The notes under the pieces were generated by a model. The model saw nothing but the letters and a program-made list of their open reading frames with translations, was not told the origin of the DNA and ran no database searches. A stretch of 64,000 nt of DNA from Candidatus Woesearchaeota archaeon (GTDB lineage: Archaea > Nanobdellota > Nanobdellia > Woesearchaeales > GW2011-AR9): contig JAZDQB010000028.1 of NCBI GenBank assembly GCA_043797205.1, positions 4,144 to 68,143 on the forward strand. Reading direction: 5' to 3'. A program made the position numbers and the translations under genes. Shown here one piece after another: positions 9,850 to 19,280 of this stretch. Positions within the stretch are counted from its first letter, which is position 1. Every line of letters begins with the position of its first letter.

Positions 9850-10931
9850 AACAAAAACTTTCCAAAGCGCCACAATCTCGGCTCTTTAATCAATGCTTTC
9901 AGCACCAAAGGCAAAGGATTCTCGCGAGTATGTTGTTCCAGCAATTTCTGCATTTTAGGCTGCTTGATTATCTCTACCAATCTATCCCAATCTTCATCTT
10001 TGAACTTGTTGAAAGTTTTTCTCAATTTAAGATGTAAATCCATTTTCTTCTTCAGCTTCTTAACCTTTTTATCATAATCCTTATGGTTAATCAGACAATC
10101 TGCCAGAATTTGCGCCTGCTTTAATCCCGGAATCAGACCGCCCAAAGTAGTGGCTTTGACAAAGCCGGAAGCATCTCCCAAAAGATAGCAATTATTTTGT
10201 TTTAATTTTTGTTGAGGAGAATACAAAGGAATCATTCCCGCCTGCATTTCAAGCACGGAAAAGTTGTTGTTAGACATGAATGTATCAAATAACTTTCGTG
10301 CATCTTTAGTTGAGGCTAAACCAACTCTTGCTTTTGTTTCCGATTCCGGCACAATCCACGCAAACAAATCTGGACAAATTTCTGTTCCAAAAAAAGTTTG
10401 ATATGTCTGCGGATTAAATTTTCCTTCTACTAACGCTTGGATTCCTTGATAATTAATTCTCTTAGCATGATAGAATCCATATGCCTTGGCCGTCCTTGAC
10501 AACGGTCCATCAGCGCCGATAACTACTTCTGGCTGCAGTTTCAACTCTTTATTATTTTTAGAGTCTTTGATTATAATATGATCTCCTTCTTTTCTAACAA
10601 AAGTATGCTGCAGATGAATCTTTGCTCCCGCTTCCCGAGCTAAATTCGCAAAGAACTGGTCAAACTTAGTACGATCCACTAAATACTCTTTTTGCCGGAT
10701 TAGAGCGGTATGGTGAGGAGAATTCACTTCAATCTGACTGAAAGTATTGACTAAAAAAGACTCCTTAGATAGTTCAAATTGGTCGAAATCCGCGGTCAAT
10801 AAACCCGTACATTGAATAGGATTACCTATCTCTTTGTGCTCCTCGTAAATATTCACGGAATGACCTGCTTTCGCTAATAAATGTCCACAATAACAGCCAA
10901 TCGGACCCGCACCGATGATGGTAATGTTCAT
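9846..10931 (-). CDS. geranylgeranyl reductase family FAD-dependent oxidoreductase (archaeal lipid saturation)
   Basis: N-terminal dinucleotide-binding motif MNITIIGAGPIGCYCG with overall GGR-like composition. Confidence 0.75.
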   Translation of the reverse strand: MNITIIGAGPIGCYCGHLLAKAGHSVNIYEEHKEIGNPIQCTGLLTADFDQFELSKESFLVNTFSQIEVNSPHHTALIRQKEYLVDRTKFDQFFANLAREAGAKIHLQHTFVRKEGDHIIIKDSKNNKELKLQPEVVIGADGPLSRTAKAYGFYHAKRINYQGIQALVEGKFNPQTYQTFFGTEICPDLFAWIVPESETKARVGLASTKDARKLFDTFMSNNNFSVLEMQAGMIPLYSPQQKLKQNNCYLLGDASGFVKATTLGGLIPGLKQAQILADCLINHKDYDKKVKKLKKKMDLHLKLRKTFNKFKDEDWDRLVEIIKQPKMQKLLEQHTRENPLPLVLKALIKEPRLWRFGKFLF

Positions 10932-11023
10932 AGAAAGAGAAGCAAAATTAAACTATAAAAAGGTTATTAAACAAAAAATAAAGTTAAAAAAAATAAAAAA
11001 TTGGAGGAAGAATCTCGAATTAC

Positions 11024-12289
11024 TTAATAGTAATTCTTACCTTCTTCGTCGTCTTTCTTTAATCTGCTAAATCCTACGATTAAGCCTACGATTACCAAAA
11101 CAACTACTAACACGATTAAAGCAATCTCTAATCCGTTTCTTAAGTTGTAACTGGTATCGATAGCAGCAGGAGCAGCAGCAGCAACTACGTTCGCTTGGAA
11201 AGCCACGGTCTGCAATACTTCGCTACCGGATTTGATGGCTACGGAAGCCACATGAGATCCAGCAGTAGCTGCAGCAGCAACCTTAGCTTCAACGTAAACG
11301 ACTTTATTCTGGCCAGGAGCCAAAACTACTAAGCTGTCACTTAGGCTTAAAGTAGCCCAGTCACTGCCCGCAGTTCCTTCCAATAGATAAGCTTTGGAAG
11401 CGCTTCCAGCGTTGGTTAAAGCAATAGCATAAGTAGCACTAGTTCCAGCAGCTACAGTTTGAGCTTCTGGTCCAACGGCCAAAACTAACTTATCGGATAC
11501 TTGGTAAGCTTCGTTAGCTAATACTTTAATCTTGAAAGTCTTAGTAGCAACTTCATACTCGTCGTATTTAACGGTTACTTTAACGTCATATTCTCCTTCT
11601 TTAGCATCTGCAGGGATAGGTAAGAACATTTCCGGAACGTCTTCGTATTCTACGTTATGATTATCAGTAGCTACAGTGTCTACAAATTCACTCGCAGAAA
11701 CGCCCAATTCAGGAATAGCTACGGTAACTTTAACGTCATTCTGGTCTTTGTCTCCATAATTCTGCAATAATACCGTGGTCAATAATGATCTACCAGCTTT
11801 TAAGGTGGTGCTAGGAGAGAAAGTCACATCGGAAATCTCTATAGCATTTCGAGCAGGTTCTACTGCTAATTTAATATTTACATCCCCTAAAGCGGCAGTG
11901 TTCTGATCCAGAACTCTTAAGCGTAACCAATAGGTCTCTTTGTCTAACTTAGTAGGCAAAGTTACTTCTAAATTTACATATTTGATAGTGTTGGCAGCTA
12001 AATCAAACACATGAGTAGAGTCTCTTAAACTCTCATAATCATCATACTCATATCCGTTAATCTCAGCTTCAACTTCAACATCGCTGGCACCAGCTAGTCC
12101 AACGGCACTTAATCCCACTCTGATATTCAGAGTTTGTCCTTCTTCTACTGCTAAAGTAGAAGTTTGGTCTACAACATCTCCGTCTACCTTAATAGTTCCC
12201 CAAGCTAGGTTAGTATCATCCAAAGCACTAACTAGAGAAACGCATAATAGACTCAATGCCACAAACAACACACTTAACAATTTTCTCAT
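11024..12289 (-). CDS. secreted surface protein with C-terminal TM anchor
   Basis: Signal peptide MRKLLSVLFVALSLLCVSLVSA. T/V/A-rich beta-type sequence. C-terminal hydrophobic anchor followed by a basic tail. Confidence 0.6.
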   Translation of the reverse strand: MRKLLSVLFVALSLLCVSLVSALDDTNLAWGTIKVDGDVVDQTSTLAVEEGQTLNIRVGLSAVGLAGASDVEVEAEINGYEYDDYESLRDSTHVFDLAANTIKYVNLEVTLPTKLDKETYWLRLRVLDQNTAALGDVNIKLAVEPARNAIEISDVTFSPSTTLKAGRSLLTTVLLQNYGDKDQNDVKVTVAIPELGVSASEFVDTVATDNHNVEYEDVPEMFLPIPADAKEGEYDVKVTVKYDEYEVATKTFKIKVLANEAYQVSDKLVLAVGPEAQTVAAGTSATYAIALTNAGSASKAYLLEGTAGSDWATLSLSDSLVVLAPGQNKVVYVEAKVAAAATAGSHVASVAIKSGSEVLQTVAFQANVVAAAAPAAIDTSYNLRNGLEIALIVLVVVLVIVGLIVGFSRLKKDDEEGKNYY

Positions 12290-12416
12290 TTTATTCTTCC
12301 TCCAATGTTTTAAGTTTATTATTTTAATATATGGTTATATTTAAACCTTTCTGTTTTTTTAGTATTCAATAGTAGCTACACTTATAGGCTGCTTCATTAT
12401 GGTTGAAATATATATT

Positions 12417-14723
12417 TTATCCTACCACAAACTGTCTATATGCTACCTCATGAACTTGATCATTGCCGATGTAAACTTCTGCCAAGTACTCTCCCGAGAG
12501 AGCTTCTCCCGGAACCTCGATGAAGTTAGTAATGGTCTTGCCCTGTCCTGGTTTCAAATTGAATTCTCCGCTGGACACTTTGATTCCCAAATCATAAACC
12601 ATCACTGTTACTCGTAAATCAGATAAGACTTTATCTCCGGCATTCTCTACTTTTACAGTAAACTGAGTTTGATCACCTAAACTAACTAGTTCCGGAGTGA
12701 ACTGGGCCTTTACCACTTGCAAGCTAGTATGTAAGTCACGCACGTAAATGGTATACTTCTGGCTAGCCGTCCTTACCCCATCCGTAACGCTGATGCTTAC
12801 CGGATAATGTCCTTCACTCTCTGGTACCCATAAGATCAAACCATTCTGACTGATGCTCATTCCGTCCGGTGCTTGAGTCAAAGAGTAAGTCAAAGCTTTA
12901 TGCTCTCCCCCCACTTGAACTTGGTAACTATATTCTACTCCGATCGTTCCCAGAGTAGGCGGAGCAGAGGTAATAGCAAAGTCGGAATACTTACAGCTAT
13001 CATCATCTTTCTCAGCGGCTGCATCATAATTCAAAGCATTTACATCCGTGCATCCTAGTATATAATAAGTACAACTGTCATCATCATGATTAGCGGCAGG
13101 ATTGTAATTTTTAGCAGTAGCATCAGTACATCCTAACACTTCTATCGAACAAGTATTACTAAAAGTATCCCAGCTATGTCCATCCGCAGCACAGACGCGA
13201 TAATCTTCCGTAGAACCGTCCCAGCATTGAGTTAATTCTTCCGTAGTTCCCGGAACACAGTTAACATTATAAGTACAGCTACCGTCGTCTTTAGTAGCGG
13301 CGAAATTATAATTATTAGCTTGGGGATCAGTACAACCAACAACATCATAAACACAACTTCCGTCGTCTTTAACAGCTTGAGAGTTGTAATTCAAAGCTAA
13401 TGGATCAGTACAACCCATAGCATAAACACAACTACCATCGTCTTGGGTAGCAAAAGGATCGTAATTCAAAGCAGTAATATCCATACAACCTAATACAGGT
13501 TGAACTGGACAAACATTACTAAAAACAGTCCAGCTATGTCCATCCGCAGCACAGACGCGATAATCTTCCGTAGAATCATCCCAGCATTGAGTTAATTCTT
13601 CCGTAGTTCCTGGAACACAGTTAACATCATAAGTACAACTGCCATCGTCTTTAGTTGCTAAAGGATTGTAATTATCGGCCTTAGGATCAGTACAACCAAG
13701 TACGTCAACAGGAGCATATTTACAACTGCCATCGTCTTTAGTTGCTAAAGGATTATAATTAGTAGCTTTAGGATCAGTACAACCAAGCACATCAGGAATT
13801 TTTACAGTAAAGAAAAGAGCCCAAGTAAAAGTAGAAGAACAATCACTAGTAACTGTTACCATAGCCACATAATTTCCTGCTTGAGTGAATTTTCCTTTAA
13901 TTTGATCATTTCCACTAGCCGCAAATCCTGCCGGAACCGCAAAACCATTAGAAGTGTCCCAAGTATAACTAACACTGTCAGTACTGACACTCTTAACCAA
14001 ATTTACTTCTACATAATCATTAACAGTAACAGTATAAGTAGGGAATAAAAGTAAAGTTAAGGAATAATCTATAGATACTCCATTTACTTTTCCGTCAGGA
14101 ACAATCCAAGAAGGTTGTTCACAAACCGGTTGAATTGGACAAACATTACTTTTTCCGATCCAACTCATTCCGTCCGCAGCACAGACTTGATAATCTTTTA
14201 CAGAGCCATCCCAACAAGTATTAATAGTATTAGTAGCTCCAGGAGTACAGATAGGAACCTTACAACTGCCATCATCTTTAGTAGCAGCAGGATTATAATT
14301 GATCGCTTTAGGATCGGTACAACCTAGAATATCATTAACCTTTAATTTTAAAGTATCTTGAGCATTACCATTGGCACTTAAAACACTCGCTACTATATTA
14401 TAGTCTCCAGCAGTAGTGGGAGTATAACTTACTATTTCATAAAATTGATTTAAAAGATGAAGATGAGCATAAGGAGTAGCCACCACTGCTCCGTTAGAAT
14501 CGTACACATTAACGTACAAATTGTAATCTGCTGTTCCGTCGCTAATCACGGCAAATTGTACTGCTTTACCAACTTCAGTAGTTAAAGTAGTAATAGTTCC
14601 ATCCGCTTTGCCGTTGATTATCCACAAAGCCATTACGTCAACTTCTCCCGCTGCACATAACGTCGGAAGGATTGCTAACATCAAGACTGCCACTACCACC
14701 CCTAATAGTTGTGATGTCCTCAT
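12417..14723 (-). CDS. large secreted Cys-rich repeat protein (8 copies of a ~26-aa GCTDPxAxNYNPxAxxDDGSC module plus 3 copies of a ~45-aa Cys module)
   Basis: Signal peptide. The same peptide repeats recur throughout, with near-identical DNA repeats (e.g. ~13130-13290 vs ~13490-13650). Confidence 0.65.
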   Translation of the reverse strand: MRTSQLLGVVVAVLMLAILPTLCAAGEVDVMALWIINGKADGTITTLTTEVGKAVQFAVISDGTADYNLYVNVYDSNGAVVATPYAHLHLLNQFYEIVSYTPTTAGDYNIVASVLSANGNAQDTLKLKVNDILGCTDPKAINYNPAATKDDGSCKVPICTPGATNTINTCWDGSVKDYQVCAADGMSWIGKSNVCPIQPVCEQPSWIVPDGKVNGVSIDYSLTLLLFPTYTVTVNDYVEVNLVKSVSTDSVSYTWDTSNGFAVPAGFAASGNDQIKGKFTQAGNYVAMVTVTSDCSSTFTWALFFTVKIPDVLGCTDPKATNYNPLATKDDGSCKYAPVDVLGCTDPKADNYNPLATKDDGSCTYDVNCVPGTTEELTQCWDDSTEDYRVCAADGHSWTVFSNVCPVQPVLGCMDITALNYDPFATQDDGSCVYAMGCTDPLALNYNSQAVKDDGSCVYDVVGCTDPQANNYNFAATKDDGSCTYNVNCVPGTTEELTQCWDGSTEDYRVCAADGHSWDTFSNTCSIEVLGCTDATAKNYNPAANHDDDSCTYYILGCTDVNALNYDAAAEKDDDSCKYSDFAITSAPPTLGTIGVEYSYQVQVGGEHKALTYSLTQAPDGMSISQNGLILWVPESEGHYPVSISVTDGVRTASQKYTIYVRDLHTSLQVVKAQFTPELVSLGDQTQFTVKVENAGDKVLSDLRVTVMVYDLGIKVSSGEFNLKPGQGKTITNFIEVPGEALSGEYLAEVYIGNDQVHEVAYRQFVVG

Positions 14724-14790
14724 TTTTTACCCCCAAGATTCAATTTGAATATCATTTATTACATATAATTAGTAAAAATAAAAAAATAAT

Positions 14791-16254
14791 TTATTTCCAG
14801 TAAACTCCCAGAACACCCATAATCCCCATATCTTTTTGGGTATCTACTCTGAATTCTGGACCGATTCTTATACTCCATTTGTCACCCTTGCTAACATAAC
14901 CGGTAGTGACTCCTGTCGCAAATTCTCCCACAAAGTCATAATCGGTTTTAGAAACATTATTGGATTTTCCAGCCACAGTAGTAGTCCTTTCTAGAGTAGT
15001 TCTCTTAGCTGCTCCACCTGCTTTAAAGTCAAAATCAAGGTATCCTTTAGACACCGCTCGAACTTTAAGTACTGCACCCGCGCCCACTAAGCGATCGATA
15101 GTTTTAGCCTCTTCAGTTTCTTGAACTGCAAAACCTAAATCATCTGTAGTTTTACTGTCGGCTTTACGGTGATTATAACCACCATTAGCGTATCCACCTA
15201 AACGAACTACACCGTTTTCATCTAAAGCACTGGTTACTTGCACTTCTACTTCTACTCCAACGGCACTAGCTCCATTTCCAAAAGCATACACCGCCTTAGC
15301 GATAGCGTCAACCTGTATTGGTTGCTTTACCGGCTGAACCGGCTCCTTATAATTGCAGCCATGTTCTTTCAAGAAATCGATAGCTGTTTTGAAATCGCTT
15401 ACTGCTTTTTCATACTTATCGTTCTTATCTTTCAAAGCAGCGCCTTGTTCTGGACAAGCCGGAACAGCTTCTGTGTATTTTAAAAGTTCTCTTCCTACCG
15501 GAACTTTTCCCTCTTGAGCCGGAACTTTGTCTAGACATTCTTTTAATCCTTTAGTAGCAGTATCGCGAGTATCGCGAGCATTTCTAACATCAGTAAGCAT
15601 ACCTTTCAAGCGAGCATAATCTTCTTTGCAATTATCTCCGCCTAAGGAAACAAAGAAAGTTTCTAAGTCAGAAAGCTTAGCATCAGCTAATGCTTTTTCT
15701 AAAGGAACTCCTTTTCCGCCAGCATTATCTAAACGATCAGTAGCTGCTTTCAAATCGTCAACAGTAGCAAAAGGTTTGGCCTTGGTGGCATCATAACAAT
15801 GAGTGTTAGCTCCAGTACAATAGCCGTCTACTCTTTCAGTTAATCCAAAAGCACCAGCTAAATTATCGTCTAAACAAGTACCATGTTTATCAAATTGAGA
15901 AAGACAGGAAGGTTTTCCCGCAATTGGTTTCTGATCCGGACAGGTAAAGGTGACCACATCATCGCTGCCTAAGGTAGGTAAAGAATATTTTGCACCAGGA
16001 GTACAAGGGATACAATTTTTCTTTCCTGGAACACAGACTTCCAGGTTGACAGTCCCAATTTTATATACCGGCTTAATGCAAGTTCTATCAGCAGAAGTCA
16101 GTGCCTCTAAAGCTGCAGGAGTTAGAGTATCTACTCCCTCTAGAACACTTTCTTGAGGAGCAGGTGTACAAACACGAGTTTGAGCTACAGCAGTTCCGCC
16201 ATAAGCCAAAGTTGCACCAAGAAATAATCCGCTAACCAAAGTTCTTAATCTCAT
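14791..16254 (-). CDS. secreted Cys-rich hypothetical protein
   Basis: Signal peptide MRLRTLVSGLFLGATLAYGGTAVA. Many Cys in the N-terminal half. C-terminus ends in an aromatic residue (...GVLGVYWK). Confidence 0.55.
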   Translation of the reverse strand: MRLRTLVSGLFLGATLAYGGTAVAQTRVCTPAPQESVLEGVDTLTPAALEALTSADRTCIKPVYKIGTVNLEVCVPGKKNCIPCTPGAKYSLPTLGSDDVVTFTCPDQKPIAGKPSCLSQFDKHGTCLDDNLAGAFGLTERVDGYCTGANTHCYDATKAKPFATVDDLKAATDRLDNAGGKGVPLEKALADAKLSDLETFFVSLGGDNCKEDYARLKGMLTDVRNARDTRDTATKGLKECLDKVPAQEGKVPVGRELLKYTEAVPACPEQGAALKDKNDKYEKAVSDFKTAIDFLKEHGCNYKEPVQPVKQPIQVDAIAKAVYAFGNGASAVGVEVEVQVTSALDENGVVRLGGYANGGYNHRKADSKTTDDLGFAVQETEEAKTIDRLVGAGAVLKVRAVSKGYLDFDFKAGGAAKRTTLERTTTVAGKSNNVSKTDYDFVGEFATGVTTGYVSKGDKWSIRIGPEFRVDTQKDMGIMGVLGVYWK

Positions 16255-16367
16255 TTTTTATATACCTCCATTAAACAGGAATTTTTGTAATACTTCAGAA
16301 CATCTATACCAATACTACTCCAAAGTGAGCATTTATTTATAAATCTTTTGTATTCAACCCGCAAAAA

Positions 16368-17558
16368 TTAAAACAAACGATACATTTCGTAAACTATTCC
16401 TAAAACAAAAATTAAAATAAGTAAAATCCCTAGAAGAGTAAGTTTGGGTAAAGAATATTCTGGAACTCGCTCTCCTTTTTGCTTTGCTTTCCAATAGGTC
16501 AACACTGTAACAATTCCACTTAATCCCCCGGTAAGAGCCCCCACAATTCCCAAAATGGTAATAAAAGAAGTTAAATTCAATATCGTTATCAATAAAGGAA
16601 GAGAGAAAGTAAACAACAATGCCCAACGATGTTTAATTCCATAATCATATTCATAAATTTGCAATAAGACCATGCTTAAAGCCAAGAAAGAAGTAAACAT
16701 AGTCAATATCGCTAAAATATTCGCAAAAATTCCTAACAGAGGATGAGAATAGATGCTTAAAGCAATAGTAGCAATACGTTCGTTTGGCTGCAATAAATTA
16801 AAATTTTGTACTCCCACTAGACCGACCACAAGCACAGCAAACAGAGCATAAAGGATAATTGGAATAATTGAACCTACTAGAATGGCTACTTTCATTTTTT
16901 TCTTTTCTCGCCCCAATTCTTCCGAGATTTCAGGAATGGCTGCAAAGCCCATGTAAGCAAATAAGATTACCCCGTACGGAAGAAAAACAAAACCCCAAGA
17001 AGCAACATTATAATAATTAGTATTAATTTTGTTAATCGAAAAAATTCCAATCGAAACAACGGTGAGGATTAAAAATGAAACTAAAATCAGTTCTGCTTTT
17101 CCCGTCGCTTTCATCCCTAAGTAAACAATAATGAAACCAATTAAAAAGAAAAATAAAGAGTACATCAAAGGTGAACCCCACGAAAATAAAGAATAAAGCG
17201 TGGCTCCTTCCCCAATCAAATAAGCAGTTAACGCACCATAAGTTCCAAAAATTACAGCCACACCCATGGCCAATTTTCCCCATCTGCCTAAATATTTTTC
17301 TGCATATCCCGCTAGTTGATGTTTAGTTTTAGTACGCAAAACAATCTCTCCCACAAACAGATTTAACAACAGAAAAGCTGCTCCCAATCCCAAAATCCAG
17401 AACAGTCCCAACAGAAATCCGCTTTTCGCTACCACATAAGGAATTCCCAAGATTCCTGCTCCAATAATCGTACCCATTAAAGTACAAATAGCAATAGCAA
17501 GACGATGTCGAGCAAAGAATCCCTTATTGTTAGACACTTCACCGCTTTTTTTGAACAT
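16368..17558 (-). CDS. amino acid permease (APC/HAAAP-type transporter)
   Basis: About 11 TM segments. GTIIGAGILGIPYVV resembles aromatic amino acid permease signatures. Confidence 0.65.
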   Translation of the reverse strand: MFKKSGEVSNNKGFFARHRLAIAICTLMGTIIGAGILGIPYVVAKSGFLLGLFWILGLGAAFLLLNLFVGEIVLRTKTKHQLAGYAEKYLGRWGKLAMGVAVIFGTYGALTAYLIGEGATLYSLFSWGSPLMYSLFFFLIGFIIVYLGMKATGKAELILVSFLILTVVSIGIFSINKINTNYYNVASWGFVFLPYGVILFAYMGFAAIPEISEELGREKKKMKVAILVGSIIPIILYALFAVLVVGLVGVQNFNLLQPNERIATIALSIYSHPLLGIFANILAILTMFTSFLALSMVLLQIYEYDYGIKHRWALLFTFSLPLLITILNLTSFITILGIVGALTGGLSGIVTVLTYWKAKQKGERVPEYSLPKLTLLGILLILIFVLGIVYEMYRLF

Positions 17559-17699
17559 CTTCTTCAGAATACATTTTGGATTTATATAGCTTTCTTTGAA
17601 GTAAAATAAACACTATTATGCTTATTTGCGCAAGGTTTAAATAGGTCAAAAGAATACTTAACTTAGCACGTTTAGATTGTCAAAAGGGGGGTGAGTAGC

Positions 17700-17873
17700 A
17701 TGATCTATGAAGAAGATTATTGTGAGCTATTTGAAGAGGAGCTAGCTTTAGGCAGCGGAGAGAAAACTGCCAAATATTGCGAACTGTGCGAACTGCAAAG
17801 AGCTAACGAGAAGATGGTGACGGAAGTAATGGGAGTAGACATGAAAGACGTCAAAAACAAGATGTTAAAATAA
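17700..17873 (+). CDS. small hypothetical Cys-containing protein
   Basis: G-rich SD (GGGGGTGA) upstream of the ATG. 57 aa with CxxxxxxxxxxxxxxC..C. Weak. Confidence 0.3.
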   Translation: MIYEEDYCELFEEELALGSGEKTAKYCELCELQRANEKMVTEVMGVDMKDVKNKMLK

Positions 17874-17900
17874 TTTTTGTTTTTTTATTTCTTAGTATTT

Positions 17901-18968
17901 TTATTTTAGTGATCTATTTATTTCAATAGTAGAAATATCGTGCGGAAATGTCTTTTCGTATTTATCAATCACTTTTTGTCTTAAAATATAAGTATTGTAA
18001 TGGTGAGCGTACGCCAACCATCCTTCAAATACAGCATAAATTTGGTCGTAGTAAATTTTATTTAGCTCGAATTCTTCTTGCAATAAGAATATCTTCCGTT
18101 CCAGTTTTGGTACGTTTCCTTTTTTTAATAAGCGATGGAATGGGAAAATACGCGCACCTAAAAAAGTTATTCCTTGTTTGATAGAACGAATAGATGTTTT
18201 GTGTGGATGCAAGTGTAATTTTAAGTTAATAGTTAAGAAATTACTGATTTCTTGTCGATAAACTCGGAGCTTATCCTTATTGTTATCTAAAATTACAAAA
18301 TCATCTACGTAACGCAAGTAATATCTAATTTTTAATTTCCTTTTGATAAATTGATCCAGCTCATTCAAGTACACGTTCGCTAAGAATTGGGAAGTTAAGT
18401 TGCCCAAAGGCATTCCTTTATCAAAAGAATGGTTTCTTAATATTTTTCTAATTAACCACATCACTTTTTTATCTTTGATCTTTTTTTCAAGAATACGAAT
18501 TAAGATCGAATGATTTACTTCTTCGAAATAATGCTTTATATCTGCCTTTAACACGAATGTGTTTATGATATGGTTATTAGAAACTATCCTTGAAAAGGAT
18601 TCAAATCTTTTTATCGCTTTAAGAGTACCTTTTCCCTTCCGGTTGGCATAAGAATCATAAATGAAAGAAGTTTCAAAAATAGGTTCAATAAGATTACACA
18701 AAGCGTGATGTATCACTCTATCCCGAAAATGAGCTTTACTAATCTTTCTGGTTTTGGGATCGCGTACAATAAAGGTTTGCAATGGTTTTGGTTGATAAGC
18801 GTGTAAGAGCAGTTCTGTTCTAAGCAAAGAAAGATTATTTTGTAAATCCTTCTCAAATTCCAATACATAAGGCTTTTGCGTTTTATGTTTTCTCGCTTTC
18901 TTGTAAGCAAGATATAAATTATCTTCGCTGCATAATTTATCCCATAAATTACGATAAGTCTTCATGAA
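17901..18968 (-). CDS. DGR reverse transcriptase
   Basis: RT motifs include YVDDFVIL (YxDD) and LGNLTSQ, the DGR-type motif-4 signature I/LGxxxSQ. It lies immediately downstream of the TR. The track ORF extends to 19073 only because the TR is read in frame; the true start is probably MKTYRNLW. Confidence 0.85.
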   Translation of the reverse strand, partial: FMKTYRNLWDKLCSEDNLYLAYKKARKHKTQKPYVLEFEKDLQNNLSLLRTELLLHAYQPKPLQTFIVRDPKTRKISKAHFRDRVIHHALCNLIEPIFETSFIYDSYANRKGKGTLKAIKRFESFSRIVSNNHIINTFVLKADIKHYFEEVNHSILIRILEKKIKDKKVMWLIRKILRNHSFDKGMPLGNLTSQFLANVYLNELDQFIKRKLKIRYYLRYVDDFVILDNNKDKLRVYRQEISNFLTINLKLHLHPHKTSIRSIKQGITFLGARIFPFHRLLKKGNVPKLERKIFLLQEEFELNKIYYDQIYAVFEGWLAYAHHYNTYILRQKVIDKYEKTFPHDISTIEINRSLK

Positions 18969-18991
18969 CAAAAATCCTAGCCCAGCCAAGG

Positions 18992-19082
18992 TTATTCCGA
19001 GAAAACGGGCATTGTTGTTGAGATTGTTGTTGCCATTAAGGTTGTTGTTATGGTTGTTGCCCAAGACCAGCAAGCGCCCGCC
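18992..19082 (-). repeat. DGR template repeat (TR), ~91 nt
   Basis: Coding-strand sequence GCGGGCGCTTGCTGGTCTTGGGC(AAC AAC CAT AAC AAC AAC CTT AAT GGC AAC AAC AAT CTC AAC AAC AAT)GCCCGTTTTCTCGG. Twelve AAY codons. Identical to the VR except at adenines. Coordinates +/-2 nt. Confidence 0.85.
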
Positions 19083-19280
19083 TCTGTGTAGCTCTTTTAT
19101 CGTTATGCCACTGCTGCTTCGGTCTTTCCTTGCGTACTAGAGGTCGCAGCTGTATTTATCCTATTAGAACGTGTCTAATCGAAAGATTTTATGATGAGTC
19201 GCCTCAATCGTGATGAAAGAGCATGTAACCTTAGTATTGGCGGCATAACCGCTGTGGCTAAGATGAAGAAAAGTAAAGAA

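Noticed and set aside
12417-14723. Regularly spaced repeats that could be mistaken for a CRISPR-like array
   Set aside because: The repeats are in frame within a single long ORF, encode a conserved peptide module, and lack a repeat-spacer architecture. No CRISPR array or cas genes were seen anywhere in the window.
18969-19073. Asn-rich N-terminal extension of the RT ORF (MLVLGNNHNNNLNGNNNLNNNARFLG...) reported by the six-frame track
   Set aside because: This stretch is the DGR template repeat happening to be open in the RT frame. The AAY codons are the non-coding TR, not a poly-Asn protein segment. The RT most likely starts at MKTYRNLW. My character-by-character reading near nt 18960 differs from the track by one base, so DGR coordinates are given as +/-2 nt.
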